Numbered from the whole stretch's first letter, positions 1 to 12,455 are shown. The stretch is 63,146 nt of DNA, filler included, from Rhabdomonas costata (GCA_019059605.1; 40 parts of 40 records of this genome joined end to end with filler, not necessarily neighbours in it), one strand, 5' to 3'. The notes: a model not told the origin generated them from the letters alone. Made by a program: numbers and translations.

Positions 1-1482
1 TTGTTTGTGTACAGTTTTGCCTCAATATTGAGCCAAGAGGGAAAGAGGTGAGAATGCATAAATGGTTCAAGCACACTCAGGCGCCTTCATGAAAAAGCAC
101 GTTAAACTCACGGTTCTCACGAAACCCCAGTTAGCTCCACACCCAAAGGGACGTTCTGAGATGCAGATGCGACACTTCTGACACTTGGGCAGCGGTGCTA
201 ATCGTTCGAAAGAATGCCAATTTATAAGCACACAGGCGGAGTGTGGTGCACCCCACAAAGAGGGGATTCTTCCGCCGCACCCAAGACGCCTCAGAACCGG
301 ACAAGACGAGGAGCCGGAGCAGATTGGAAAGCCGCGTTCTCCACCTGCCAGCATCAACACCGCTGTCCTCCTAGCAGTGGAGGAAACAAAGCATCTGCGG
401 CCAGCGTGGCCCAAGAGTGAGACAGCACCAAGCACCTGAAAGCAAACCTGTTCTCCGCGGAACTCGTAGATGGAGCCTCCAGAGCCGATGACACCGTGGT
501 GACATCACTCTCCGAATAATTCGAAAACTGCACTCGAGTGAAGCTCGCGGAGCTCCGAGCAGAAGCGGGGGTGTTGCGGCAGGAGGCCTTCAAGATCCCT
601 CCACGACGGTGCGGGAGGGCACCAGGAGGGTGCGGTGGCGAAGAAACCTCCTGTACAACAGGCGAGTCCTCATATCTGCCATGAGCACCCAGGTGTCTGC
701 CTTGGAAGCACAGGCACCCATACTTTCAGGACATGGGAAGTCAGGAAGGGAGGGGGCATGTCCGAGTTCATGGCCCTTGGCAGAACACGAACTCCACTAT
801 TTTCAAATGGGGGTGAGTTGTGACCGTGGGTGTGCTGCAGTTCTCGGTGCGGCTGAGTGGGTGATATGGCAAAAGGGGTCCTGCAAGGGGGCAGTGCGGT
901 AAGAAAAGGGAGTTGAGCAGGACGTATTTGAGAAATGGCGATGTATGAGACAACCGAAGTCACGCAAGACCGGGGCTACCAAAATTGAGGGAACTTCGGT
1001 CGCATGGCAAGATGGAAGGCGGGTATTTCTGGAGATTCGGACTGGTATTGCCCACTTCATTTCAAAAGTGAGAACTGTTCATTAAATAAGAGCATGTCCG
1101 ACTTAATAATATGGAAAAAAATAATATGGAAAAAGGGTTGAAAAATGAAAAAGGAAACTGCAATGACCACTTTTTATGCTGCCCACTTCGTTGCATTGCC
1201 GCTTCCCATGATTTTATCGTTGGATTTCTAAAACTACCACTTTTACCTACCTTTTAAACTACCACTTTTAACGTGAAGCGGGCATTATTCGGGTATTCCG
1301 AAATATGATGACCAGGGGCTAAATCTTCCAGAATTATCTGATTAATTACGTGGTTCCGGCTGAGTTGCGGTGGCCGCTGGACTTCTGCTTGGACCACTCC
1401 AAGCTCTTTCTTGATAATTGGGTTTATGCTTTGCTCTTGGGTACTGATTCCCGCATTGACGTTGGGGATGTCCAGGCGGATG

Positions 1483-1582
1483 NNNNNNNNNNNNNNNNNN
1501 NNNNNNNNNNNNNNNNNNNNNNNNNNTTAATTAATTAANNNNNNNNNNNNNNNNNNNNNNNNNNNNNNNNNNNNNNNNNNNN
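1483..1582. other. Artificial contig linker (N44-TTAATTAATTAA-N44), first of 39 such linkers spaced about every 1581 bp
   Basis: Identical N-padded TTAATTAATTAA spacer (stop in all six frames) recurs through the window, e.g. 3065-3164, 4647-4746 up to 61566-61665. Genes on either side are unrelated. Confidence 0.98.
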
Positions 1583-1860
1583 GGTGTGTGTTAGCGCGAC
1601 TTAAGGCGCCCAGGGATGTGACGCGTAGCAAAAGAAGTATGATGTGGTCGGCGAGGAAGGCTCGCATGGAGTGAAGCGGTGACGATGAGAATTGTGAAGA
1701 GAAACATTGGAACGTGAACATGTTTGTGGATGCGTCTGTGTTTGGGCACCGTGGCGCTACAACAGCCTGTGTTTGAAGCAAGAGGGTAGCTAGTTATTCG
1801 GATTGCCTTGTGGTGGGTGTCCACTCGAGTTCAGCACCAGCGATCAAGCTGCTCCAACAC
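1583..1860 (-). mobile_element. Degenerate DIRS/Ngaro-type RNase H remnant
   Basis: Minus strand reads ..QSE*LATLL..NTDASTN..AFLADH/HTSFATRHIPGRL.., resembling the DIRS RNase H motifs ELLA..TDN..HIPGxxN. It has one stop and one frameshift. Confidence 0.35.
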
Positions 1861-3164
1861 ATAAGATCAGGGCGGAAACCAAGTGTACGAACGCTTTGGA
1901 GAATAAGTCGATTAGCTTATTAAATTCCTGTTCCCAAAGCTCCGCATACATATGCAGACAGCTCGGAGGATGCACACCGTAGCAAAGGAGAGGCTTGGCG
2001 CGCTGATCGCGATGGCGTGGAACAGCCCCGTCACGGACAGCTCGTTGATGAACACCACCAAGAGGTAGAAGAAGAAGTTCCCGGCGTACGGGGCGAGTCC
2101 TGAGAGGAGGGGGGGGGGATGAATTTGTACACAGGTATTTGCACAGGATACCCCACTTTCCAGGCTTTTGGCTGTTTGTTAACTTTGCCGAGGTGTCTCA
2201 CATCGAGGAGAAACACGGCATATGCCCTGTGATTGAGGGCAATGACCAAGCAGGTGTCAGTTTTTCTATCATTGATACAGCGAGGCGCTGCGTGGTCAGT
2301 ACGTTTCACCCTCGGCTGGGTTTCGCCTCTCGAAGGCTCCTTTTTTATCTGTCGAAGCTGAGCAGGCACAGGAGAAAGAAACCAAAAGTGTGGAGTCCAT
2401 GAGCAGAAGGTTGCAAAGGTCGCATTGTGAGGCAGAGGAGGTGACAGAGAAGTAAGTGAGGAGGTAGAATACAAAAGGAGCGTGGGTAGTGGTACATTCG
2501 GAAGGGGGGTCACATTATAAATGGGTAGGGAGCAGATAGCATCGAGGTGGTCGTGGGCAGAGAGCCACACCAGATAGCCAGTACACAATGGAGCCGTACA
2601 CGCAGGTCTCCACCAAGGCTTGAGGGATCTGAAGCAAGGGCACAAAGGTCCAGGATGCAACAGGCACGCGTGGTTCGAAGGAGGCTTTCCTTCATGTGTT
2701 CCAGCCGAATACGATACGCATTTCATGGATTATCATATCATTCGATATCATTCTTTGAATAGAAGCTGTGGACACTGTGACCTTCAAGGGTAGCTAAAAA
2801 TTGTGGCCCTCTCAGTCACCGGACCTGGGACCTGTTTGGCTAGTCAGTTTCGTCGATCCCCATTATCCGGACCGAGTTTCTCATATCATAACCAGCCTCT
2901 ATTGCACAGGGTCGGAAAGATGGAGATCCTCAGTTTTCAATATATTCCCAGCAGCTCAGGTGCTCGTTGGATGCTCTCATCTCATTTTTTGAATCCCCCC
3001 CGTCCAGCCCAGGAATTCTCCTTTGGTAGACCACTCACCAACCCCACACCCACGACAACCCACANNNNNNNNNNNNNNNNNNNNNNNNNNNNNNNNNNNN
3101 NNNNNNNNTTAATTAATTAANNNNNNNNNNNNNNNNNNNNNNNNNNNNNNNNNNNNNNNNNNNN

Positions 3165-3360
3165 GATGCCCAAGATGACCCCTAGATGCCAAGATGCATG
3201 AGAGTACCCTAGATGACCCTCGGATGCCAAGATGCCAGCCAAGATGACCCCCAGTACCTCTAGATGCCAGAGATGCACCAGCTGACCCCTAGGCCAGCTG
3301 ACCCCCTGCACCAGAGTACCCTAGATGCCAAGGATGCACCGGTACCCTAGCTGCCAAGAG
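3165..3360 (+). repeat. Degenerate minisatellite built from GATGCCAA / GATGACCC / GTACCCTA units
   Basis: Repeated gatgccaagatg, gatgaccc and (a)gtaccctag blocks are directly visible. Confidence 0.75.
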
Positions 3361-3509
3361 ATGTTAGGACGCTCAGTGGCATTTGCTATCGACCCCTCGG
3401 TGAGGGGGGGGGGGCAGTACCCAAACTGCACCAATATGAAGGGGGTAGGTCATATGCCAGCAGGTAGGTCATATCCCATTCAGAACATCTGCAGTGATGT
3501 TCCAATTCA

Positions 3510-4420
<911 letters not shown>

Positions 4421-4910
4421 CTAAAGAGAAAAAGTTCACACAGAGAAAAGTGTCACGTGTCCCATCAAACCCTGCTTCCAGTACGCGATTCTGAACATAA
4501 TGAAATACATTCGTTGAGTCCAGAGCCTTTATGAGGTTCACCCTCAATGAGAAGACAAAAACATGAAATGCAGAGCCCACTAGGCAGGCAGTTCACGCAA
4601 GACTTAATTTCTCTGAGAGATAGTTGGAGGCTAAACCCCCAAACCCNNNNNNNNNNNNNNNNNNNNNNNNNNNNNNNNNNNNNNNNNNNNTTAATTAATT
4701 AANNNNNNNNNNNNNNNNNNNNNNNNNNNNNNNNNNNNNNNNNNNNGGTTGTGGTGGGAGGGGTTGTGAAACGTGGTGGTGAAGCTGAGTAACAGTAGTG
4801 ATCACAATAAGGCGATGTGACGAGCGCACTCTCAAGAACCTTCAACCTTCAACCTTATTTCGAAGCTTTGGGTTTACTATACAGGAAAGCAAGGGAAGTG
4901 CAAGGCAAAT

Positions 4911-6228
4911 TTACAGTGGAGAGTGAAAAGAGACACGGCATGAAACGGGAAGGATTCGCGGGTTGCAGAGACACAATGAGGTCATACCGCTGCGCTGTGG
5001 CCGGTATGACTGAAGCGCGTTGAGGCCCTGCCCTGCGGCCATCTGTACACGAAACTCATCCAGGACGGAGTAAACACTGCTGCACACGGCCAGATCCTCT
5101 AGCACGGGCCGCAGATCCCTGAGCTCAGTGTCCGAAGAATCATCGAACCAAGACGTGCACTGAATGGAGTTCCTGGGCTGAAAGAGAAAGGAGGTCGGGC
5201 TGTTGTCTACGATAACAATCCGCTGCAGAGAGCGGCCCAGAAGGGAAAGGTCCTGCGAGCAGGCGCACGAATGGAAGCAGTGCCCCCCCCCACAACAAAA
5301 AATGCTTCCTCAAAGAAGGAAAAGCTGTGGCGTTGGAAACCTGCCCGACCCCTGACCCCCTTCACCTCCTGTCAGTTCACCTCTTTTAGCGTGATAGCTG
5401 ATCCGAAAGCTTGCGAACGGGTCTTTCGTGGGAGCATCCAGGCAGCGGGCGAGTAAGCGAGGGAAAACTTTTATGTTTCCATCTTTTCGTTGGCATCTGG
5501 TTCTGGGAGTGGCGAACTTTTTCGAATTTGGACTCCAGAACTGACTCCAGAAAACGTTCTGAGCTGGAGGACGAACTAAAACGAACACGTCGGAGGTCGC
5601 AAGCGACAGCAAAAAACCACCCACCAGCGGAAATTGGAACAGAGAACAGACAATACTTTAACGAAGAGCCCATTGGTATTAGAGCAATGTTCGCGAAAGA
5701 GCCTGTGGTGGACCATGGTGTTGTCAGGGTCGAGCTCATCCAGCACGGGGTCAGCGTACTGAAGAAAATCCCAGCACAACCCCAGCAAATTCCAAAGGAA
5801 GGAAGCAGAGTGAAAGATGCTCAGCAAGCCAGAGTGCCGATTGAAAAAGCAGGTGCTGCAGATTGCCGAGAGGGTTCGTGTGCTTAAACCGGAAGTGCGC
5901 ACTGGTGAGAGGAGGACAGGAACAAAATGTGCAAGTAAGATTTCAGGGACTAGGGAAGAAGGAAGGGAAGAACAGACCGACCAATAAAATGTTACGCAAT
6001 TGGAAAAAAAAAAGTGCACTGATCGTCAGCGTTGTGATGACCACCAAGGAAATCCCAGGAAAAAAATTGATGAAGCACACAAAAAAAAGAGACCGCATAA
6101 GTGGGAATTGAAACAATGAACTCGTGGAGTAGCAGACCTCAGATAAGGACGCTGTGAACACCACGACCTCGAACATCTGGGAGACAAACTTCATGAATTC
6201 GTCCACATACGGCCTTTTCCTCACGTAC
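4911..6228 (-). CDS. NIF/FCP1-SCP family CTD small phosphatase (partial, 3 exons)
   Basis: Exons 6228-6138 (YVRKRPYVDEF..VVVFTASLSE), 5758-5657 (YADPVLDELD..RLFREHC..GLFVK) and 5252-~4911 (DLSLLGRSLQRIVIVDNSP..FQPRN..SWFDD..DTEL). All introns GT-AG and in phase; 3' end uncertain. Confidence 0.93.
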
Positions 6229-6329
6229 NNNNNNNNNNNNNNNNNNNNNNNNNNNNNNNNNNNNNNNNNNNNTTAATTAATTAANNNNNNNNNNNNNNNN
6301 NNNNNNNNNNNNNNNNNNNNNNNNNNNNG

Positions 6330-6399
6330 TTGGGGTGGTGTCTCCCTCCGGCTCGCTCAAAATTTGAAAAAAGCGACCCGGAGGGAGACGCCACCCCAA
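6330..6399. repeat. Inverted repeat / hairpin element
   Basis: ttggggtggtgtctccctccgg (6330-6351) pairs with ccggagggagacgccaccccaa (6378-6399) with one G-T pair; inner tcgct/agcga extends the stem. Confidence 0.85.
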
Positions 6400-8400
6400 T
6401 TAAGGGCTCGCCATTTTATCACTTTATCAAAATGTTTCTCAGTTTTGGTATTTAATTTTTCCTCATGGGACATCTCGTTTTATGTAGGATGCGGCTGCCA
6501 CTTGTGAAAGTGAAGGAAGTGCTACGATATGTCAAGCGCCTTCCTCCGGTGAGGCGTGAGTTCTACCCACGATCATTCAACTTTCCAAGGCACTCACGTT
6601 TTCCAACTAACAATTCTGACGTCGACCTTCAGCACATAACTAACGTGTGTATGTTCTCCATGTTGGCACCAAGGATGGAGGTCAGCCACCGCCCGTTTTG
6701 GGTGGGAGATGGCAATGGCAGGAATTGTTGGCTTGGTCCTACGGCGAGTCCTTGCGGTCACTACGGGCCGTCACGGAGGTTGACTTTTTTCAGGCGACTT
6801 ATCACGGTTCAAGTAGCCAGATGATCCACGCACAACGCAAAAACAATGTTGGAAAACAAAGTGGAAAAAAGGGAGGCACGAGAGCCCTTCCAGACTCTTG
6901 CAGGCCACTTTGTGCTGGAAACGATGCAGATCCAGGCGACTTTCAGGGGTAAAAAAAATTGCAATTTGGCGAAAAAAATGCGGATAAGGAAAAACTGGAA
7001 AAAAATCATGCTTTTCAAGCCAAAAAATCCGATTCCGTTTTTTCTTTAAAACGTCAACCCGTCCACAGAAAAATGGAGGAGGGCAAAAGATGCGGCGGAT
7101 TGTGGGGTTTCCGCACAACCCAAGGGGTACCCAGTTTGGCGCGTTACCTTTTGATAGTGCGGGCTTCGGCGGGAGCGGTGCTTCAGCGGGTTCAGGTCGC
7201 ATTTCATTGAATTCAATCCTTGCACCAATCCAGCAGATAGTCAAACAAGGAGGCAAGGAGGTCAAGAACAAAACGAAGAGTCCATCCAATCTACTGGGAG
7301 GCACGGCAAAAGGCGTTTTAATAACAGCGGCAGCACGCTGAAAAGAGAAAAGAGTGAGAAGGAGAAGTGAAAACCACTTCACAAACGAGCCAAGCTGTCG
7401 CAGAAAGGACAGAAATTTGCAAAAAAAAAAAACCCTGCATTTTAAGCCAAAAATTCCCGAGGGGTCGAAATTGCAAAAAAAAAAACCTGAAGTTTCGCAT
7501 ATTCCCCTCCATTTCCAGACATATACACATATTACATACACATGCACATAAACACAAACCTACACATATTTACACATGTATACATTTTCACACATAAATC
7601 TCTCTTTCTCTGTGGTCCGGAACCATCCCCATTTTTTTACCACCCGATATGTCCTCTGAGCCAGATCCCCGGCGGCGGCGCACCGAGGAAGTCCTGTGGT
7701 GGGCCCTGGAGCTCTCTGAACAGGTGCGCCAACTTAGCCAACCGGTGGAAGCCCTGAGCCTGGCTCGGTGTTCTATCCAAAGAATGCCTGCACTCAGGAC
7801 CCCAACCACANNNNNNNNNNNNNNNNNNNNNNNNNNNNNNNNNNNNNNNNNNNNTTAATTAATTAANNNNNNNNNNNNNNNNNNNNNNNNNNNNNNNNNN
7901 NNNNNNNNNNTGTTGTGGTGGTGCCTACGAATTGCATGTACGCTGAAAGGTAGGAATGTATGGACTGTTCAAGATGCATAATAAAATAAATTCGCTGCAG
8001 AATCCTCATCTGGAGTGTGAACAAAGCCTAAAACAACAATTCCCCACAGGTGCCAAAAACCAATCGACAAACAATCGACAAACTAAATGTTACTGCAGTT
8101 CTGCTATCGGATTCTGTGCGTTCTTCCAGATGGGACAATCCAACCACTTCGCGTGAGGGCAGCGGGGGGAGGACCACACATTTTCTGCCCGAAGCACTAT
8201 TTAAAACCCCCCAGGATCACTCCCAGACCAGACCGGATCGGAACACAAAACAAACATCAGAAAATTGAAGTGGAGGGCTCGAATTTGAAATTATGGCAGT
8301 TTGAAAACACAATGTTCAGTTCACGAAATACAATACGTTCTATTGAAATGAATCTCAGTCAAAACCAAACCAAACGATGGAAGAAGAGATGCAGGCACAC

Positions 8401-9351
8401 CATGGAGTCAGAGCCGACTGCAAGAAGGGAATCGTTCACCGGGGACCATTCGAGTGAGACAACACTCTCTGTACGGGCAGAATCAGAAGGAAGCAGCATA
8501 CAAAACGACCCCCCCCCGCTCCCCACCAGATTCTCAGGCTTTTTTGCTTTTTTTTTTTGCCACTTCACTGCTTACCAGTTCCTCTTAATTTTTGCCTGCA
8601 TGTTGTGCCCATGCAATTGCTAATCCAGCCGACACGGGAAACTTCAAGATAATTAGCACACGCAACAATGCAAGAAACCTTCGGAAGCGGTCGAGCACAA
8701 AACAGTCTTGACCTCAACCCACTTCAATCAATGGGGACCTTTGCAGCACAGGAAAGCAAAAAGTCAACTGGGGAAGGGGACACACCTTGGTGAAAAGGGA
8801 ACTGGGCTACGGGACCAGCCTCTCCCGCCTTTACGCTGCGCAAGTCCCAAATTTTGAACACCCCACTGTCAGCGCCGGAGGCCAGAAGGTGCTTCGATTT
8901 TGCGTTTCTGTAAGGGCAGCCAAAAAAAACGGACCGAAAAACTGCTCAGATTGAGCACACATTTATAACTCGAATTTCCAAATGGGCACAAATCGTATAT
9001 GATGAACATTCTGACGGATAACTCGGAGTAGTCTTCTTGCGGAGAAGCTGTTGCTTCGATGCCAGCACTTTGTCACCAAAAAATTAGATCCTTCAACGGA
9101 TGGTCAGAATACTTCCATTTGTCCGGACAGCGCTTTGTTGCACGAGGGTTCCCAGCTGAAAATCTCGCTTCCCAGAAATGCAGCTGCGCCCATGCCGAGA
9201 GGAAGAGTCTAGGAGCACTCACGCAGGCATACGCGTTCCAGGAGATCACGTTGATATCCGTAGAGTCCGCCACCCACTGCATTTTTTGCGGCGACCGGTC
9301 CCGGACGTCCCAGAGCCGAATGGTAGTGTCCACGGAGCACGACGCGAGAAC
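8401..9351 (-). CDS. GRWD1: WD40 ribosome-assembly protein GRWD1/RRB1-like (partial, 3 exons)
   Basis: Exons 9351-9233 (VLASCSVDTTIRLWDVR..DINVISWN), 8907-8786 (HLLASGADSGVFKIWDLR..PVAQFPFHQ) and 8468-8401 (SVVSLEWSPVNDSLLAVGSD). GT-AG introns with matching phases. Confidence 0.85.
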
Positions 9352-9702
9352 CTTCACGGAAGCAAGCCAACTCAGGAACCAACCCCAAAACCNNNNNNNN
9401 NNNNNNNNNNNNNNNNNNNNNNNNNNNNNNNNNNNNTTAATTAATTAANNNNNNNNNNNNNNNNNNNNNNNNNNNNNNNNNNNNNNNNNNNNGTCGCTGT
9501 CCGTGTTTGTAGTGTAGTGCTCAAGCTTCTCCGCAGCCGTCAACTTCCCAAAGATGTTCAGGTCCAGCATTTTAAATCCCATATGCTATACGTTTTTCTT
9601 AAGTCTATGGAACGCCGTGTCGGACTTTGGACACTGAACTTTGTGCTTGTCAAATGCGTCGAAGGTCCATTGCTTGACCCCGCTCCCTTTTTTTTTGGCG
9701 GT

Positions 9703-9775
9703 GCAAAGCAAGGATGACGTTATTTCCAATGAATCCGATGATTCTTTCAAAATGCTTGAGAGAACTGAGCTTTGC
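9703..9775 (+). ncRNA. Box C/D snoRNA candidate, copy 1
   Basis: Terminal stem GCAAAGC/GCTTTGC, box C variant AGGATGA, D' ATGA, C' CCGATGA and box D CTGA directly before the 3' stem (k-turn geometry). Identical to copy 2 while the flanks diverge. Confidence 0.75.
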
Positions 9776-10134
9776 CTTCAGTTGGGAGCGAGTGGTGGCT
9801 GATTTCTGATTTCTTGTTGGTTTTTTCCCGTTGTTTCGACCCTCGGAAGTTGTGCTCTATGATTGGAAACAAGTCAGTTGCTTAAGCTTGGTAATACATT
9901 TTATCCCGAGTTTTTGTGAAGACGGTACCGATCTCTCTCAAGACTGTGTTTTTGCGGAGGCCTTCTTCGCCTCAAGTGCGCTCATTTTTGTCCTTGGCTG
10001 AACGGGCCCTCGCGTGACAATGAAGGAACCTTGCCTCCTTTCTGCATGGATATTGCCGCGGGTGAAACCTCCACCCGCGCTCACACACGCAAACACCGAC
10101 TGCCCCTGCCCCCCTCCCTTTTTTTTTTGGCGAT

Positions 10135-10207
10135 GCAAAGCAAGGATGACGTTATTTCCAATGAATCCGATGATTCTTTCAAAATGCTTGAGAGAACTGA
10201 GCTTTGC
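10135..10207 (+). ncRNA. Box C/D snoRNA candidate, copy 2
   Basis: 73-nt sequence identical to 9703-9775. Confidence 0.75.
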
Positions 10208-11516
10208 CTGCGTTTGGAAGCGAGCGGTTGCTGATTTCTTTCGTTGTTTCGACTCTTGGAAGGTGTGCTCTATCTCTATGATTGGAAATAAGCCTGTTCC
10301 TCAAACTTTTCTTCAACAAGTGCCCCGGTGAGGGAACCGTGTCAAGAAAGCACGTACTGCGCTTAGCGTACTGCTGCTCACTAGTCACGTCCTGCGCGGG
10401 ATGGGCTAGTACCGTGCCCCCCTCGCTCTCCCCAGTACATCGCACCCAGCAAAGCGAGTCGCTTCAGATATCCCCGAGTGTTTACCAGGACGTCCGATGA
10501 TCGGCATAATAATACCGTTCTGTTTTTGCGGAGGCTTTCTGCTGAGTTCCGTCCCTTAACTCGTTCATCTTGATTAGATTTTGACCACGTGTGCGATGAA
10601 AATCATTCACGCGCTTTGTGAGGACCTGCTCCACCCACCCCAACCGCCGAGGCAAGCTTGGGCTCCACCGGATTCTCTTTTTGGAACCGGTGGGCGTTAT
10701 TCTCTCGTCGTTCATCGTCTGGAGGGTTCCCTGTCGGTCTGTGGGTCGTCCCTCGGTCCAACCGACGGTGATTGCAGTGCTGATCGTTAGCTGAGTTCCT
10801 TGTGTTGTCAGGTCGAAGTCGCTGTCCGTGTTTGTAGTGTAGTGCTCAAGCTTCTCCGCAGCCGTCAACTTCCCAAAGATGTTCAGGTCCAGCATTTTAA
10901 ATCCCATATGCTATACGTTTTTCTTAAGTCTATGGAACGCCGTGTCGGACTTTGGACACTGAACTTTGTGCTTNNNNNNNNNNNNNNNNNNNNNNNNNNN
11001 NNNNNNNNNNNNNNNNNTTAATTAATTAANNNNNNNNNNNNNNNNNNNNNNNNNNNNNNNNNNNNNNNNNNNNGTGTGTGGGTAGGTTTTGTGCATGAAC
11101 TCGCTGTAGTAGCAACGAGCGTTGTTCCTGGCAGTGTTTTTTTTGGTTCGTTTTTTCTTGTTGTGCATTTTAATACAAACACGGCCTGAGGGTTCGACTG
11201 GGCGTTTTCACAGTAACGTGGGTTTTGTGTGCTGGAATGTTTTCGGTTTTTGGAGCTGGTGGTCTTTTTCGGGCCTTTAAGTTCCTTGTGAACTTAAAGT
11301 TGTTCGGTATTCGCGTATCGCTGCAGATCTTCCTATTCCCTCCCCCTCCCCCGATGCCCTTTTCTCTTGTTCGCTTCCATTGGGACTGCAGCACTCCCCG
11401 GTTTGTGACTGTTTTTACCTGAGGCCGCTCTGTGGCGTGTCATCAGTGCAAGCGTTTTTCTGCTGAGGACCACGGTCCACTTCTTCGAGCACTGTTCTTT
11501 GCGGCTCCATTATCAG

Positions 11517-12455
11517 GTGATGCCCCTGCTGGGGGGCGTCACGGCGGGCATGTTGGAAGAGGCCTTCTCGGTGTTCGGGGAGGTACACTCCGCAGTGGTG
11601 AACAACGGCACCCCGAATTACGGGCACGTGCGGTTTCTGGACCCGCTGAGTGCACAGCGTGCGGCGGAGCAGGGCGTCTTTCAGATCGGCACTACCCAGG
11701 CATCGTGCTTTGTTCGACAGACGGCCCACACTCCAACCACGCAGAATCTGGCACTGGCTTTAGCACTCGTAGGGAAAGCCGGGTGTGCGAGACGAACACC
11801 AGCCTGCCTGGGAGGTTCCGTCAGACAGTCCCAAGTCTTTTTTTGTAAGTAAGTATCACCGCTCAAGTCCTGGTCTTAAGCGGCGCTTGGAATCAGGCAC
11901 GCCCTCCTTCGGGCCACTCACTAACAGGGTTGTCGACGTTTTCATTACTTCTCTTGTTTTGCTCAAAACTATTTATCTACAGCTACACTGAATGGAAGTG
12001 CGCATGTGTGTGACTGAACGGAAGCATGCATGTCTATGTGTGGGCAGTGCTCGGTACGGCTGAGCCGCTGGCGTGCGGGGAAGGTCGCATCGGAGCCTCC
12101 GCCAAGTAACTACCTGGGGCTGTTCAACCTGCCCTTCACGACAAAGGCGGCCCAGCTTAAGACCTTCTTGTCCACCTTCCCGGGCTTCGTCAAAGTTCGA
12201 ATGGTTTGTTATGTGGTTGTGGCTGGGTATCATTCATGTGGCGTATTCCTTGATTTACCTGATTAGCAAACGCATTCAACGGCACCAAACATGCACATAA
12301 GCGACGGCCGTCACCCCGGGAAATTTTTTGTAATTTCGTTGCAGAGTCCCATTTCAGAATAGGATTTCAGCGGTCAAATGCTGCGAATAGCCTATGCAAA
12401 GCCAAAACCTGAAATACCCTTACGCACGGAGGCTTGTTCTCCACCAAAGGAGAAG
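11517..12455 (+). CDS. Tandem-RRM RNA-binding protein (partial)
   Basis: Exons 11517-11699 (..LEEAFSVFGEV..NYGHVRF..AQRA..IGTTQ), 12048-12203 (CSVRLS..SNYLGLFNLPF..LKTFLSTFPGFVKVRM) and 12363-12455 (DFSGQMLRIAYAK). The first intron has a GC donor; RNP1 of the second RRM was not found. Confidence 0.8.

Larger units (their letters stand above)
9493..10973. repeat. Terminally redundant contig: 1325-bp circular or tandem-array unit
   Basis: 9493-9648 is identical to 10818-10973 (156 bp). There is also an internal diverged duplication (~9683-9890 vs ~10113-10300). Confidence 0.9.

Noticed and set aside
67-1060. Several overlapping ORFs in the first contig
   Set aside because: No recognisable domain, splice pattern or codon bias.
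1527-1538. Regularly spaced TTAATTAATTAA as a biological repeat or CRISPR-like array
   Set aside because: Always embedded in N runs between unrelated contigs; it is an artificial six-frame-stop linker. ORFs ending in XXX-LIN are artefacts of it.
1780-1925. Plus-strand SDCLVVGVHS resembling a cytidylyltransferase motif
   Set aside because: No HxGH motif or exon boundaries; the opposite strand fits a decayed RNase H better.
10482-10907. 141-aa minus-strand ORF in the repeat unit (possible plasmid Rep)
   Set aside because: No HUH or helicase motifs, and it lies antisense to the ncRNA-like strand.
9493-10973. Spliced-leader RNA or 5S rRNA repeat
   Set aside because: No match to the euglenid, diplonemid or kinetoplastid leader sequences I know, nor to 5S rRNA.
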